Assembly (NCBI GenBank): GCA_040954595.2 | Contig: CM082582.2 | Span: 1,426,001-1,490,000 of the forward strand | DNA: 64,000 nucleotides | Reading direction: 5' to 3' | Origin: Balanoglossus misakiensis | Lineage: Eukaryota > Animalia > Hemichordata | Shown: piece after piece, positions 52,403 to 64,000 of the stretch | How positions within the stretch are numbered: the first letter of the stretch is position 1 | How the letters are laid out: the number at the start of each line of letters is the position of its first letter | Notes under the pieces: model-generated | Told to the model about the DNA's origin: nothing | What the model saw: only the letters and a program-made list of their open reading frames with translations | Databases searched by the model: none | Program-made: the position numbers and the translations under genes

Positions 52403-53889
52403 CAGATTGATTTGACAATTGGTATGCAAGTACCTTATGTCAACCACATACAGTCCTGTATTTTGAATAGTTTGAATGTTCTATTTTTATGCATTTTTTG
52501 CCTTTTTCCTCATTTTTGGTAAAACATCTACTTTTCTAAAATTGATGAGACGACTTCTTTGAAATTTAGTATGAAGCTTCATATAGGTGATATGAGTTAG
52601 CATACTTTTGTTAAAATGTTGCAAAATTTGCATATTCATAATTTTGGAGCAATTTCGGCCGTTTTTGAATTTTTTTTTTAAACCGGTTGTTACATTGCTT
52701 TGAAATTTGTTAGTCATATTAGGGGTAGCCCAAGTAAGATTTGCATGTATGTTTTTCAAATCAACTTGATGAATTGAATAGTATATTTTTGGGATGATTT
52801 TTGCCATTTTCGGTCAAAACTCTTCTCAGAACCCCCCACAGTACGTGAAATATCCCATGAATCACTCTGGTTTGTACAACCAGAGATTACTCGGTCAAAC
52901 CAGGCAAAGTTCACATGTGTAGAGAAAATTGTAGACCACTAATACAAATTTTGAGAGCATGCTTTAAAGGCGAATCTTATTGTCAATTACCATTTCAAAT
53001 GATAAACAAAATCATGCATTATTGAAAGAGGAGATACAAATTTTATAAAATAAGCAATTGCATAGCCAGCCGATACAAAAAAGTTTGAAGTAAAACAGGG
53101 ACACTTGAAACACTTGTTTAATCAAACAAAACGATATTGATTTTTTTCTATAGACAGAACAATGGAAATTTACATGTTAACTTTCAACAGAGACTGGCCA
53201 CCTCAGTTAGTCATTGCTTCTTTCCTCCTAAGTGTGACATTTGACGTACATGAATGAATACTTTGATTTCTATGGCTTTTAAATCTTGATTTTGAAATTT
53301 TCACTCTAATTCCTCAACATACTTTTTCTAGATAAATCTTAATACAGTTATATGTACTTCATATCATTGTTAGTATCTAAAACAGAAAGTAATTAAATGG
53401 ACAATCTCGATGATACAAATCATGGAGAGTTGTGGGTAAAATATCGTACTGTGCCCCCTTTACCCCCACTGCTTTGAAATTTGATTTGAAGGTTTCAGGG
53501 TTTGTTCTCATGATAATTTACAGATTGATTTGACAATTGGTATGCAAGTACCTTATGTCAACCACATACAATCCTGTATTTTTTTAACTAATAGTTTGAA
53601 TGTTCTATTTTATGCATTTTTTGCCTTTTTCCTCATTTGTGGTAAAAAAATTTAGTATGAAGCTTCATGTAGGTGATATGAGTTACAATACTTTTGTTGA
53701 AATGTTGCAAAATTTGCATATTGATAATTTTGGAGCAATTTCAGCCTTGTTTAATTATTTTTTTTTCTCTAAAACCGCTTGTTCCATTGCTTTAAAATTT
53801 GTTAGTCATGTTAGGGGTAGCTCAAGTAAGATTTGCATGTATGTTTTTCAAATCAACTTGATGAATTGAATAGTATATTTTTGGGGGAT
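52403..53889 (+). repeat. ~390-bp direct duplication (52403-52796 and 53521-53889) of HINE core sequence
   Basis: CAGATTGATTTGACAATTGGTATGCAAGTACCTTATGTCAACCACATAC...CAACTTGATGAATTGAATAGTATATTTTTGGG occurs twice. Confidence 0.85.
52837..53461. mobile_element. Degenerate TIR element
   Basis: CACAGTACG...CGTACTGTG inverted termini with weaker inward pairing. The right end TGTGCCCCCTTTA resembles the TTAA families; the left end is eroded. Confidence 0.5.
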
Positions 53890-54185
53890 CAAATCAAATC
53901 AAATCAAAACAAACATTTATAAAGCGCCAGAATCAATAACAATGTTATTTCCAAAGGCGCTGAAAGTATAACATCAGTGTTCGTAGGCTTTGACAAATAG
54001 AAATGTCTTGAGTTTTTGTTTGAAAATGTTGAGACTAGAAGCCTGTTGAATGTCAGATGGCAGAGAATTCCAAAGTTGTGGCGCGACAAGGGAAAAGGCA
54101 CATCCACCATATGTTTTGAGTCTGTACTTTGGTACACACAACTGGTTCCTTGAGCTGGAGCGCAGAGCCCGACTAGGCTTATATG
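53888..54185 (-). mobile_element. Short 3' fragment of an L2-clade LINE with (TTTGA)n tail
   Basis: Minus strand YKPSRALRSS...LCVPKYRLKTYGGCAFSLVAPQLWNSLP...FKQKLKTFLF. AGCGCC...TGGCGCT 3' UTR. (ATCAA)n on the plus strand. Confidence 0.92.
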
Positions 54186-54926
54186 ATTTTTGATTTGATT
54201 TGGTTTCAGGGTGATTTCTCATGATGATTTACAAAACCTATGACTGATTACTTTGAAATTTGAGTAGGAAGTTAATTGGATGTGTTTGTTTAGATAATGG
54301 AATCAAATAAAGTTATTCATTCTTCACCTTCATTCTTCACCTCATTTCATTTATTGGCTGGTTTGTCTATTGTATCAGGGAAGAGTACTTGCCATCCCAC
54401 CCCACCGATGCAAACTTTGAGTGGCAAAAGTAAAATTTGTCATAACATTGAGTTAATTTGCTTTTGGGCTCACTAAAATGCAACTTTGAGCTCTGTATTT
54501 GTACAAAATTTTCATTAATTGGCTGGTTTGTCTATTGTACCAGGCCAGCATACATAAGATCAAGATGTTTTCGGGGCTGGGGGGGGCATCATATTTTATT
54601 GCCTCTCTATGTGTGTGTCTGTCTGTCTGTACTCCTGTGTAGACTTTTTCTAGTGTAATCACTAAATGAGACCACAGTGTCCTTGACGCTATTTTTTGCG
54701 ATTTTCAATGACCCTGGGGTAACCTTTGACCAGCTTTCATATATCTTGGTATTCACAGCAGAATACAGCCTTGGCATACCCTGGTAACCATGGGAACCGT
54801 TTGGGCCCAACCAATGGTGCTGGCAGCGTTAATTTTTAAATGATTTCTTCTTGTCGTTTTCTTTATCAATATGATGACTTGACCTAATCAGATTATTAAA
54901 ATAATTTCATTCTTTTTTTACATTAG

Positions 54927-54999
54927 GTTCTTTGGTAACACTGCTGCTGGAGGGAGTGTAATATTTGTAACGACGTCGCCACCTAATACTGTACTGGAG
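54927..54999 (+). ncRNA. Putative exon C (73 nt)
   Basis: CTAAT branch-like motif, TTCTTTTTTTACATTAG| acceptor, GAG|GTATGA donor. Confidence 0.45.
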
Positions 55000-55725
55000 G
55001 TATGAACTTAAACTTGTAACGACGTCGCCACCTAATACTGTACTGGAGGTATGAAGTTAATACTTGTAACGACGCCGCCACCTAATACTGTACTGGAGGT
55101 ATGAAGTTAATACTTGTAACGACGCCGCCACCTAATACTGTACTGGAGAGATGAAGTTAATACTTGTAACGACGCCGCCACCTAATACTGTACTGGAGAG
55201 ATGAAGTTAATACTTGTAACGACGCCGCCACCTAATACTGTACTGGAGAGATGAAGTTAATACTTGTAACGACGCCGCCACCTAATACTGTACTGGAGAG
55301 ATGAAGTTAATACTTGTAACGACGCCGCCACCTAATACTGTACTGGAGAGATGAAGTTAATACTTGTAACGACGCCGCCACCTAATACTGTACTGGAGAG
55401 ATGAAGTTAATACTTGTAACGACGCCGCCACCTAATACTGTACTGGAGAGATGAAGTTAATACTTGTAACGACGCCGCCACCTAATACTGTACTGGAGGG
55501 ATGAACTTAAACTTGTAACGACGCCGCCACCTAATACTGTACTGGAGAGATGAAGTTAATACTTGTAACGACGCCGCCACCTAATACTGTACTGGAGAGA
55601 TGAAGTTAATACTTGTAACGCCGCCGCCACCTAATACTGTACTGGAGAGATGAACTTAATACTTGTAACGACGCCGCCACCTTATTCTGTACTGGAGGGA
55701 TGAACTTAAACCTGTAACGACGCCA
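54965..55725. repeat. 50-bp minisatellite, about 15 copies
   Basis: Unit TACTTGTAACGACGCCGCCACCTAATACTGTACTGGAGAGATGAAGTTAA, near-identical copies. Confidence 0.98.
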
Positions 55726-55813
55726 GATGATGCTCCTGTGACCAGAGGGATGAACGACGCCATGATTTGTTGATCTAATCTAATTAATAATATTCATTCT
55801 TTTTTTTCAATAG

Positions 55814-55925
55814 GTTCATTGGTATTATCATCGCCGGAGGGAGTCTAATCAATATCTACAACAACGCCGCACCAGATAACAATATCAAAACCAGAGGGAT
55901 GCTGTCAATAGGTTAGGCTAATAAA
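55814..55925 (+). ncRNA. Putative exon D (paralog of C), possibly terminal
   Basis: TTCTTTTTTTTCAATAG| acceptor. GTTCATTGGT...GGAGGGAGT matches exon C. Ends either at AG|GTTAGG (55911) or reads on to AATAAA at 55920. Confidence 0.42.
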
Positions 55926-56085
55926 AATGGTTTAATCTGAGGGAATGGTAAAGGGTTGGTGTATGAATATGTTAGGGTAATAAAAAATGGTATAATCTAA
56001 CGGAATGGTGAAGGGTTGGTGTATAAACAGGTTAGGCTAATAAAAATGGTATAATCTAATGAAATGGTGAAGGGTTGGTGTATGA
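55911..56085. repeat. ~60-bp tandem repeat, 3 copies
   Basis: GTTAGG.TAATAAAAATGGT.TAATCT...GAATGGT.AAGGGTTGGTGTAT occurs three times. Confidence 0.9.
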
Positions 56086-56507
56086 TGACTAATAAGACAT
56101 TGTGCACAAGGGTACTATAATAAAACTGTCTGCAAGGGTATAATATTATGGTTTCAAGGGTATGATAAGTAATTAAAATACTATAAAAACATGAGTAATG
56201 CCACGTGGTAAATAAAAACTGTACATGTACAGAGGGTAAATACCGGTATAATATATAAAGGTGTTAACATCAATGGTGTAATAATAAAAAAAATGGGTAA
56301 CACATGGTTTTGGTGGTATAATAATAATAAAATGGTATTAACTTGATGGTATAAACATTATGGGATGTGTATAAACGGTGTTAATATTACAAAGGTATAA
56401 TGATTAGTTGGGGTGTAATAATAAGAAATTTAAAATCATTGGGTAATTTATTAGTGTCAGGTTGGGTAAAATAATTGTTGCTATGCATTCGTGTAATAAT
56501 TGTCTGC

Positions 56508-56706
56508 GGATTTTTTGCAGCGTTACCCGCGTTCGCGTTCTTCATTGCAGGTCGCTCGTCATGTAATGGAATTTCGCCGTGTGCCCGTTTGATTCGCCGA
56601 TGGATTTTTTACAACGTTACCCGCGTTCGCGTTCTTCATCGCAGTTGGATCGTCGTGTAATGGAATTTCGCCGTGTGCCCGTTTGATTCGCCGATGGATT
56701 TTTTGC
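56508..56706. repeat. 94-bp CpG-rich tandem duplication
   Basis: GGATTTTTT at 56508, 56602 and 56696. CGTTACCCGCGTTCGCGTTCTTCAT...GATTCGCCGAT occurs twice. Confidence 0.92.
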
Positions 56707-57131
56707 TTTCGTCATCGTAATTCCCGCATCAACACGAATCCTCAATCTCGCGTAACAACAATACATCAAAATGTACACAGAAAAATAGGAGTCGGCAAGA
56801 CAATTCTGGTTAGTTTGAGCCCCAACCTTTTAAAATTCACAACGGGGGAGGGGGCAGTTTTTCCTCATTTTATATTTGGCTCGAGGTTTTTAACTGTCCC
56901 CAGGCGCGTAAAGTTAGTTAGTTTATCACACAGTATGTAATTATCTTGCTTGATTTAAAAAAACACTAAAATTGTATGGGGGAGCTTCTTGCGATTTGCA
57001 CTTAAGAAACTGATGGTTTGTACCCATAGATAATATTTAGTATTAAGCACATAATTGCCTGGAAATAAAAATTAACTCAAGGGTAGAATGCAACAGTTAA
57101 TTTTGTGCAATATCAACAGGAGCTATTTTGG

Positions 57132-57238
57132 CACATTATTTCAGTTTGATAAACACTGTTTTTGCTCATTGTTTCATTTCGACCACATTATTTCAGTTTG
57201 ATAAACACTGTTTTTGCTTATTGTTTCATTTCAACCAC
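57132..57238. repeat. 52-bp tandem duplication
   Basis: CACATTATTTCAGTTTGATAAACACTGTTTTTGCT at 57132 and 57184. Confidence 0.92.
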
Positions 57239-57648
57239 TTTTGTCACCTTGTTTTAAATTGAATGCAAGCATTGTTTCTGTTTGACCACTACTTGGGGTA
57301 ATTGTTCCAAATTGGTATGCAAGATATTTTACATCAGCAGTTAGCCATCTAGCCACACTTTAGCTGCACAGCATATGAAAAATAATGAAATTCATGCAAA
57401 AAGCAAAAAAGTATTATGGGTATAATGCCATTGCAGCATTGGCGGTTCGACTCCGTCGATACTTACTTTGAAGCATAAGTCTTCATTATTTTTCATATGT
57501 AATAAATAAAACTCTTCCAAATTCATATCTTTGTTTTAAGTTTGTGCTTTTGCTTCAGTTAGGGGGCCCACATTTACCAAACCTGTCTTGCCATCTTTTC
57601 ACATTTCTTCAAATATGCAGCGCCAGCGGTAGGCAGTATTTGATCAAA

Positions 57649-60600
57649 TTGACCCACAAATCACTCAAAATTAATAGGCAGGATACTGTCCACTCTGGCC
57701 TGGTTACTGTCTGGCCTGCTTAATGTTGACGCAAAGGTTGACCCCACCAAACACTCAAAATTAATAGGCAGCATACTGGCCACTCTGGCCTAGTTAATGT
57801 TGACGCAAAGGTTGACCCCCACCAAACACTCAAAATTAATGGGCACGATACTGGCCACTCTGGCCTAGTTAATGTTGACGCAAAGGTTGACCCCACCAAA
57901 CACTCAAAATCAATGGGCAGCATACTGTCCACTATGGCCTGGTTACTGTGTGCTCTGGTTAATGTTGACGCAAAGGTTGACCCCACCAAACACTCAAAAT
58001 TAATGGGCAGCACACTGTCCACTACGGCCTGGTTACTGTGTGCTCTGGTTAATGTTGATGCAAAGGTTGACCCCACCAAACACTCAAAATTAATGGGCAG
58101 AACACTGTCCACTATGGCCTGGTTACTGTGTGCTCTGGTTAATGTTGATGCAAAGGTTGACCCCACCAAACACTCAAAATTAATGGGCAGGATACTGGCC
58201 ACTCTGGCCTAGTTAATGTTGACGCAAAGGTTGACCCCCACCAAACACTCAAAATTAATGGGCACGATACTGGCCACTCTGGCCTAGTTAATGTTGACGC
58301 AAAGGTTGACCCCACCAAACACTCAAAATTAATGGGCAGCACACTGTCCACTACGGCCTGGTTACTGTGTGCTCTGGTTAATGTTGATGCAAAGGTTGAC
58401 CCCACCAAACACTCAAAATTAATGGGCAGAACACTGTCCACTATGGCCTGGTTACTGTGTGCTCTGGTTAATGTTGATGCAAAGGTTGACCCCACCAAAC
58501 ACTCAAAATTAATGGGCAGGATACTGGCCACTCTGGCCTAGTTAATGTTGACGCAAAGGTTGACCCCCACCAAACACTCAAAATTAATGGGCACGATACT
58601 GGCCACTCTGGCCTAGTTAATGTTGACGCAAAGGTTGACCCCCACGAAACACTCAAAATTAATGGGCACGATACTGGCCACTCTGGCCTAGTTAATGTTG
58701 ACGCAAAGGTTGACCCCACCAAACACTCAAAATTAATGGGCAGCACACTGTCCACTACGGCCTGGTTACTGTGTGCTCTGGTTAATGTTGACGCAAAGGT
58801 TGACCCCACCAAACACTCAAAATTAATGGGCAGAACACTGTCCACTATGGCCTGGTTACTGTGTGCTCTGGTTAATGTTGACGCAAAGGTTGACCCCACC
58901 AAACACTCAAAATTAATGGGCAGAACACTGTCCACTACGGCCTGGTTACTGTGTGCTCTGGTTAATGTTGACGCAAAGGTTGACCCCACCAAACACTCAA
59001 AATTAATGGGCAGAACACTGTCCACTACGGCCTGGTTACTGTGTGCTCTGGTTAATGTTGACGCAAAGGTTGACCCCACCAAACACTCAAAATTAATGGG
59101 CAGCACACTGTCCACTATGGCCTGGTTACTGTGTGCTCTGGTTAATGTTGACGCAAAGGTTGACCCCACCAAACACTCAAAATTAATGGGCAGAACACTG
59201 TCCACTACGGCCTGGTTACTGTGTGCTCTGGTTAATGTTGACGCAAAGGTTGACCCCCACCAAACACTCAAAATTAATGGGCACGATACTGGCCACTCTG
59301 GCCTAGTTAATGTTGACGCAAAGGTTGACCCCACCAAACACTCAAAATTAATGGGCACGATACTGGCCACTCTGGCCTAGTTAATGTTGACGCAAAGGTT
59401 GACCCCACCAAACACTCAAAATTAATGGGCACGATACTGGCCACTCTGGCCTAGTTAATGTTGACGCAAAGGTTGACCCCACCAAACACTCAAAATTAAT
59501 GGGCACGATACTGGCCACTCTGGCCTAGTTAATGTTGACGCAAAGGTTGACCCCACCAAACACTCAAAATTAATGTGCAGAACACTGTCCACTATGGCCT
59601 GGTTACTCTGTGCTCTGGTTAATGTTGACGCAAAGGTTGACCCCACCAAACACTCAAAATTAATGGGCAGCACACTGTCCACTATGGCCTGGTTACTGTG
59701 TGCTCTGGTTAATGTTGACGCAAAGGTTGACCCCACCAAACACTCAAAATTAATGGGCAGAACACTGTCCACTACGGCCTGGTTACTGTGTGCTCTGGTT
59801 AATGTTGACGCAAAGGTTGACCCCACCAAACACTCAAAATTAATGGGCAGCACACTGTCCACTATGGCCTGGTTACTGTGTGCTCTGGTTAATGTTGACG
59901 CAAAGGTTGACCCCACCAAACACTCAAAATTAATGGGCAGAACACTGTCCACTACGGCCTGGTTACTGTGTGCTCTGGTTAATGTTGACGCAAAGGTTGA
60001 CCCCACCAAACACTCAAAATTAATGGGCAGAACACTGTCCACTACGGCCTGGTTACTGTGTGCTCTGGTTAATGTTGACGCAAAGGTTGACCCCACCAAA
60101 CACTCAAAATTAATGGGCAGAACACTGTCCACTATGGCCTGGTTACTGTGTGCTCTGGTTAATGTTGACGCAAAGGTTGACCCCACCAAACACTCAAAAT
60201 TAATGGGCAGCACACTGTCCACTATGGCCTGGTTACTGTGTGCTCTGGTTAATGTTGACGCAAAGGTTGACCCCACCAAACACTCAAAATTAATGGGCAG
60301 AACACTGTCCACTACGGCCTGGTTACTGTGTGCTCTGGTTAATGTTGACGCAAAGGTTGACCCCACCAAACACTCAAAATTAATGGGCAGAACACTGTCC
60401 ACTATGGCCTGGTTACTGTGTGCTCTGGTTAATGTTGACGCAAAGGTTGACCCCACCAAACACTCAAAATTAATGGGCAGAACACTGTCCACTACGGCCT
60501 GGTTACTGTGTGCTCTGGTTAATGTTGACGCAAAGGTTGACCCCCACCAAACACTCAAAATTAATGGGCAGAACACTGTCCACTATGGCCTGGTTACTGT

Positions 60601-63600
60601 GTGCTCTGGTTAATGTTGACGCAAAGGTTGACCCCACCAAACACTCAAAATTAATGGGCAGAACACTGTCCACTACGGCCTGGTTACTGTGTGCTCTGGT
60701 TAATGTTGACGCAAAGGTTGACCCCACCAAACACTCAAAATTAATGGGCAGCACACTGTCCACTACGGCCTGGTTACTGTGTGCTCTGGTTAATGTTGAC
60801 GCAAAGGTTGACCCCACCAAACACTCAAAATTAATGGGCAGAACACTGTCCACTACGGCCTGGTTACTGTGTGCTCTGGTTAATGTTGACGCAAAGGTTG
60901 ACCCCACCAAACACTCAAAATTAATGGGCAGAACACTGTCCACTATGGCCTGGTTACTGTGTGCTCTGGTTAATGTTGACGCAAAGGTTGACCCCACCAA
61001 ACACTCAAAATTAATGGGCAGAACACTGTCCACTACGGCCTGGTTACTGTGTGCTCTGGTTAATGTTGACGCAAAGGTTGACCCCACCAAACACTCAAAA
61101 TTAATGGGCAGAACACTGTCCACTATGGCCTGGTTACTGTGTGCTCTGGTTAATGTTGACGCAAAGGTTGACCCCACCAAACACTCAAAATTAATGGGCA
61201 GAACACTGTCCACTACGGTCTGGTTACTGTGTGCTCTGGTTAATGTTGACACAAAGGTTGACCCCACCAAACACTCAAAATTAATGGGCAGAACACTGTC
61301 CACTATGGCCTGGTTACTGTGTGCTCTGGTTAATGTTGACGCAAAGGTTGACCCCACCAAACACTCAAAATTAATGGGCAGCACACTGTCCACTATGGCC
61401 TGGTTACTGTGTGCTCTGGTTAATGTTGACGCAAAGGTTGACCCCACCAAACACTCAAAATTAATGGGCAGAACACTGTCCACTACGGCCTGGTTACTGT
61501 GTGCTCTGGTTAATGTTGACGCAAAGGTTGACCCCACCAAACACTCAAAATTAATGGGCAGAACACTGTCCACTACGGCCTGGTTACTGTGTGCTCTGGT
61601 TAATGTTGACGCAAAGGTTGACCCCCACCAAACACTCAAAATTAATGGGCACGATACTGGCCACTCTGGCCTAGTTAATGTTGACGCAAAGGTTGACCCC
61701 ACCAAACACTCAAAATTAATGGGCACGATACTGGCCACTCTGGCCTAGTTAATGTTGACGCAAAGGTTGACCCCACCAAACACTCAAAATTAATGGGCAC
61801 GATACTGGCCACTCTGGCCTAGTTAATGTTGACGCAAAGGTTGACCCCACCAAACACTCAAAATTAATGGGCACGATACTGGCCACTCTGGCCTAGTTAA
61901 TGTTGACGCAAAGGTTGACCCCACCAAACACTCAAAATTAATGGGCACGATACTGGCCACTCTGGCCTAGTTAATGTTGACGCAAAGGTTGACCCCACCA
62001 AACACTCAAAATTAATGGGCACGATACTGGCCACTCTGGCCTAGTTAATGTTGACGCAAAGGTTGACCCCACCAAACACTCAAAATTAATGGGCAGAACA
62101 CTGTCCACTACGGCCTGGTTACTGTGTGCTCTGGTTAATGTTGACGCAAAGGTTGACCCCACCAAACACTCAAAATTAATGGGCAGAACACTGTCCACTA
62201 CGGCCTGGTTACTGTGTGCTCTGGTTAATGTTGACGCAAAGGTTGACCCCCACCAAACACTCAAAATTAATGGGCACGATACTGGCCACTCTGGCCTAGT
62301 TTATGTTGACGCAAAGGTTGACCCCACCAAACACTCAAAATTAATGGGCACGATACTGGCCACTCTGGCCTAGTTAATGTTGACGCAAAGGTTGACCCCA
62401 CCAAACACTCAAAATTAATGGGCACGATACTGGCCACTCTGGCCTAGTTAATGTTGACGCAAAGGTTGACCCCACCAAACACTCAAAATTAATGGGCACG
62501 ATACTGGCCACTCTGGCCTAGTTAATGTTGACGCAAAGGTTGACCCCACCAAACACTCAAAATTAATGGGCACGATACTGGCCACTCTGGCCTAGTTAAT
62601 GTTGACGCAAAGGTTGACCCCACCAAACACTCAAAATTAATGGGCAGAACACTGTCCACTACGGCCTGGTTACTGTGTGCTCTGGTTAATGTTGACGCAA
62701 AGGTTGACCCCACCAAACACTCAAAATTAATGGGCAGAACACTGTCCACTCGACCTGGTTACTGTGTGCTCTGGTTAATGTTGACGCAAAGGTTGACCCC
62801 ACCAAACACTCAAAATTAATGGGCAGAACACTGTCCACTACGGCCTGGTTACTGTGTGCTCTGGTTAATGTTGACGCAAAGGTTGACCCCACCAAACACT
62901 CAAAATTAATGGGCAGCACACTGTCCACTATGGCCTGGTTACTGTGTGCTCTGGTTAATGTTGACGCAAAGGTTGACCCCACCAAACACTCAAAATTAAT
63001 GGGCAGAACACTGTCCACTACGGCCTGGTTACTGTGTGCTCTGGTTAATGTTGACGCAAAGGTTGACCCCCATCAAACACTCAAAATTAATGGGCACGAT
63101 ACTGGCCACTCTGGCCTGGTTACTGTGTGCTCTGGTTAATGTTGACGCAAAGGTTGACCCCACCAAACACTCAAAATTAATGGGCAGAACACTGTCCACT
63201 ACGGCCTGGTTACTGTGTGCTCTGGTTAATGTTGACGCAAAGGTTGACCCCACCAAACACTCAAAATTAATGGGCAGAACACTGTCCACTACGGCCTGGT
63301 TACTGTGTGCTCTGGTTAATGTTGACGCAAAGGTTGACCCCACCAAACACTCAAAATTAATGGGCAGCACACTGTCCACTATGGCCTGGTTACTGTGTGC
63401 TCTGGTTAATGTTGACGCAAAGGTTGACCCCACCAAACACTCAAAATTAATGGGCAGAACACTGTCCACTACGGCCTGGTTACTGTGTGCTCTGGTTAAT
63501 GTTGACGCAAAGGTTGACCCCACCAAACACTCAAAATTAATGGGCAGAACACTGTCCACTATGGCCTGGTTACTGTGTGCTCTGGTTAATGTTGACGCAA

Positions 63601-64000
63601 AGGTTGACCCCACCAAACACTCAAAATTAATGGGCAGAACACTGTCCACTACGGCCTGGTTACTGTGTGCTCTGGTTAATGTTGACGCAAAGGTTGACCC
63701 CACCAAACACTCAAAATTAATGGGCAGAACACTGTCCACTATGGCCTGGTTACTGTGTGCTCTGGTTAATGTTGACGCAAAGGTTGACCCCACCAAACAC
63801 TCAAAATTAATGGGCAGCACACTGTCCACTATGGCCTGGTTACTGTGTGCTCTGGTTAATGTTGACGCAAAGGTTGACCCCACCAAACACTCAAAATTAA
63901 TGGGCAGAACACTGTCCACTACGGCCTGGTTACTGTGTGCTCTGGTTAATGTTGACGCAAAGGTTGACCCCCACCAAACACTCAAAATTAATGGGCACGA
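57649..64000. repeat. Satellite of interspersed 90-bp and 74/75-bp monomers (continues beyond the window end)
   Basis: Shared 50-bp core GTTAATGTTGACGCAAAGGTTGACCCCACCAAACACTCAAAATTAATGGG. Followed by either CAGAACACTGTCCACTAYGGCCTGGTTACTGTGTGCTCTG (90 bp) or CACGATACTGGCCACTCTGGCCTA (74 bp). Confidence 0.99.

Noticed and set aside
54965-55725. CRISPR-like regular array
   Set aside because: Units are wholly repeated with no unique spacers, there are no cas genes, and the context is eukaryotic. The same applies to both satellites.
54927-55911. FxxN...GG beta-helix-like coding repeat in exons C and D
   Set aside because: C and D differ by frame-breaking indels, so the similarity is not maintained at protein level.
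55911-56085. Interstitial telomere
   Set aside because: Only isolated GTTAGG/TTAGGG words occur, with no tandem (TTAGGG)n.
57720-63985. 300-412-aa ORFs on both strands with 30-aa repeats
   Set aside because: The 90-bp monomer happens to be stop-free; frames break at every 74/75/91-bp unit and there is no unique N- or C-terminus.

Overview
AT-rich eukaryotic (metazoan, probably marine invertebrate) heterochromatin-like DNA with no intact protein-coding gene. A 78-bp satellite fills 1-22926 and a mixed 90/74-bp satellite fills ~57649-64000; the long ORFs in both arrays are repeat artefacts. The ~35-kb island between them contains: two L2-clade LINE 3' fragments; an intron-containing hAT/ZNF862-like transposase pseudogene; TTAA-flanked Kolobok-like MITEs (one validated by a paralogous empty site); a P-like foldback element; a TA-flanked MITE; stacked Helentron/HINE-like elements; an orphan P/Q/Y-rich exon; and several minisatellites. 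The least explained feature is a chain of short (63-98 nt) plus-strand exon-like units with strong splice signals (36527-55925). These units arose by repeated exon duplication, share no long ORF, and may form an unannotated spliced lncRNA or micropeptide transcript. All calls are from visual reading; no database searches were run.
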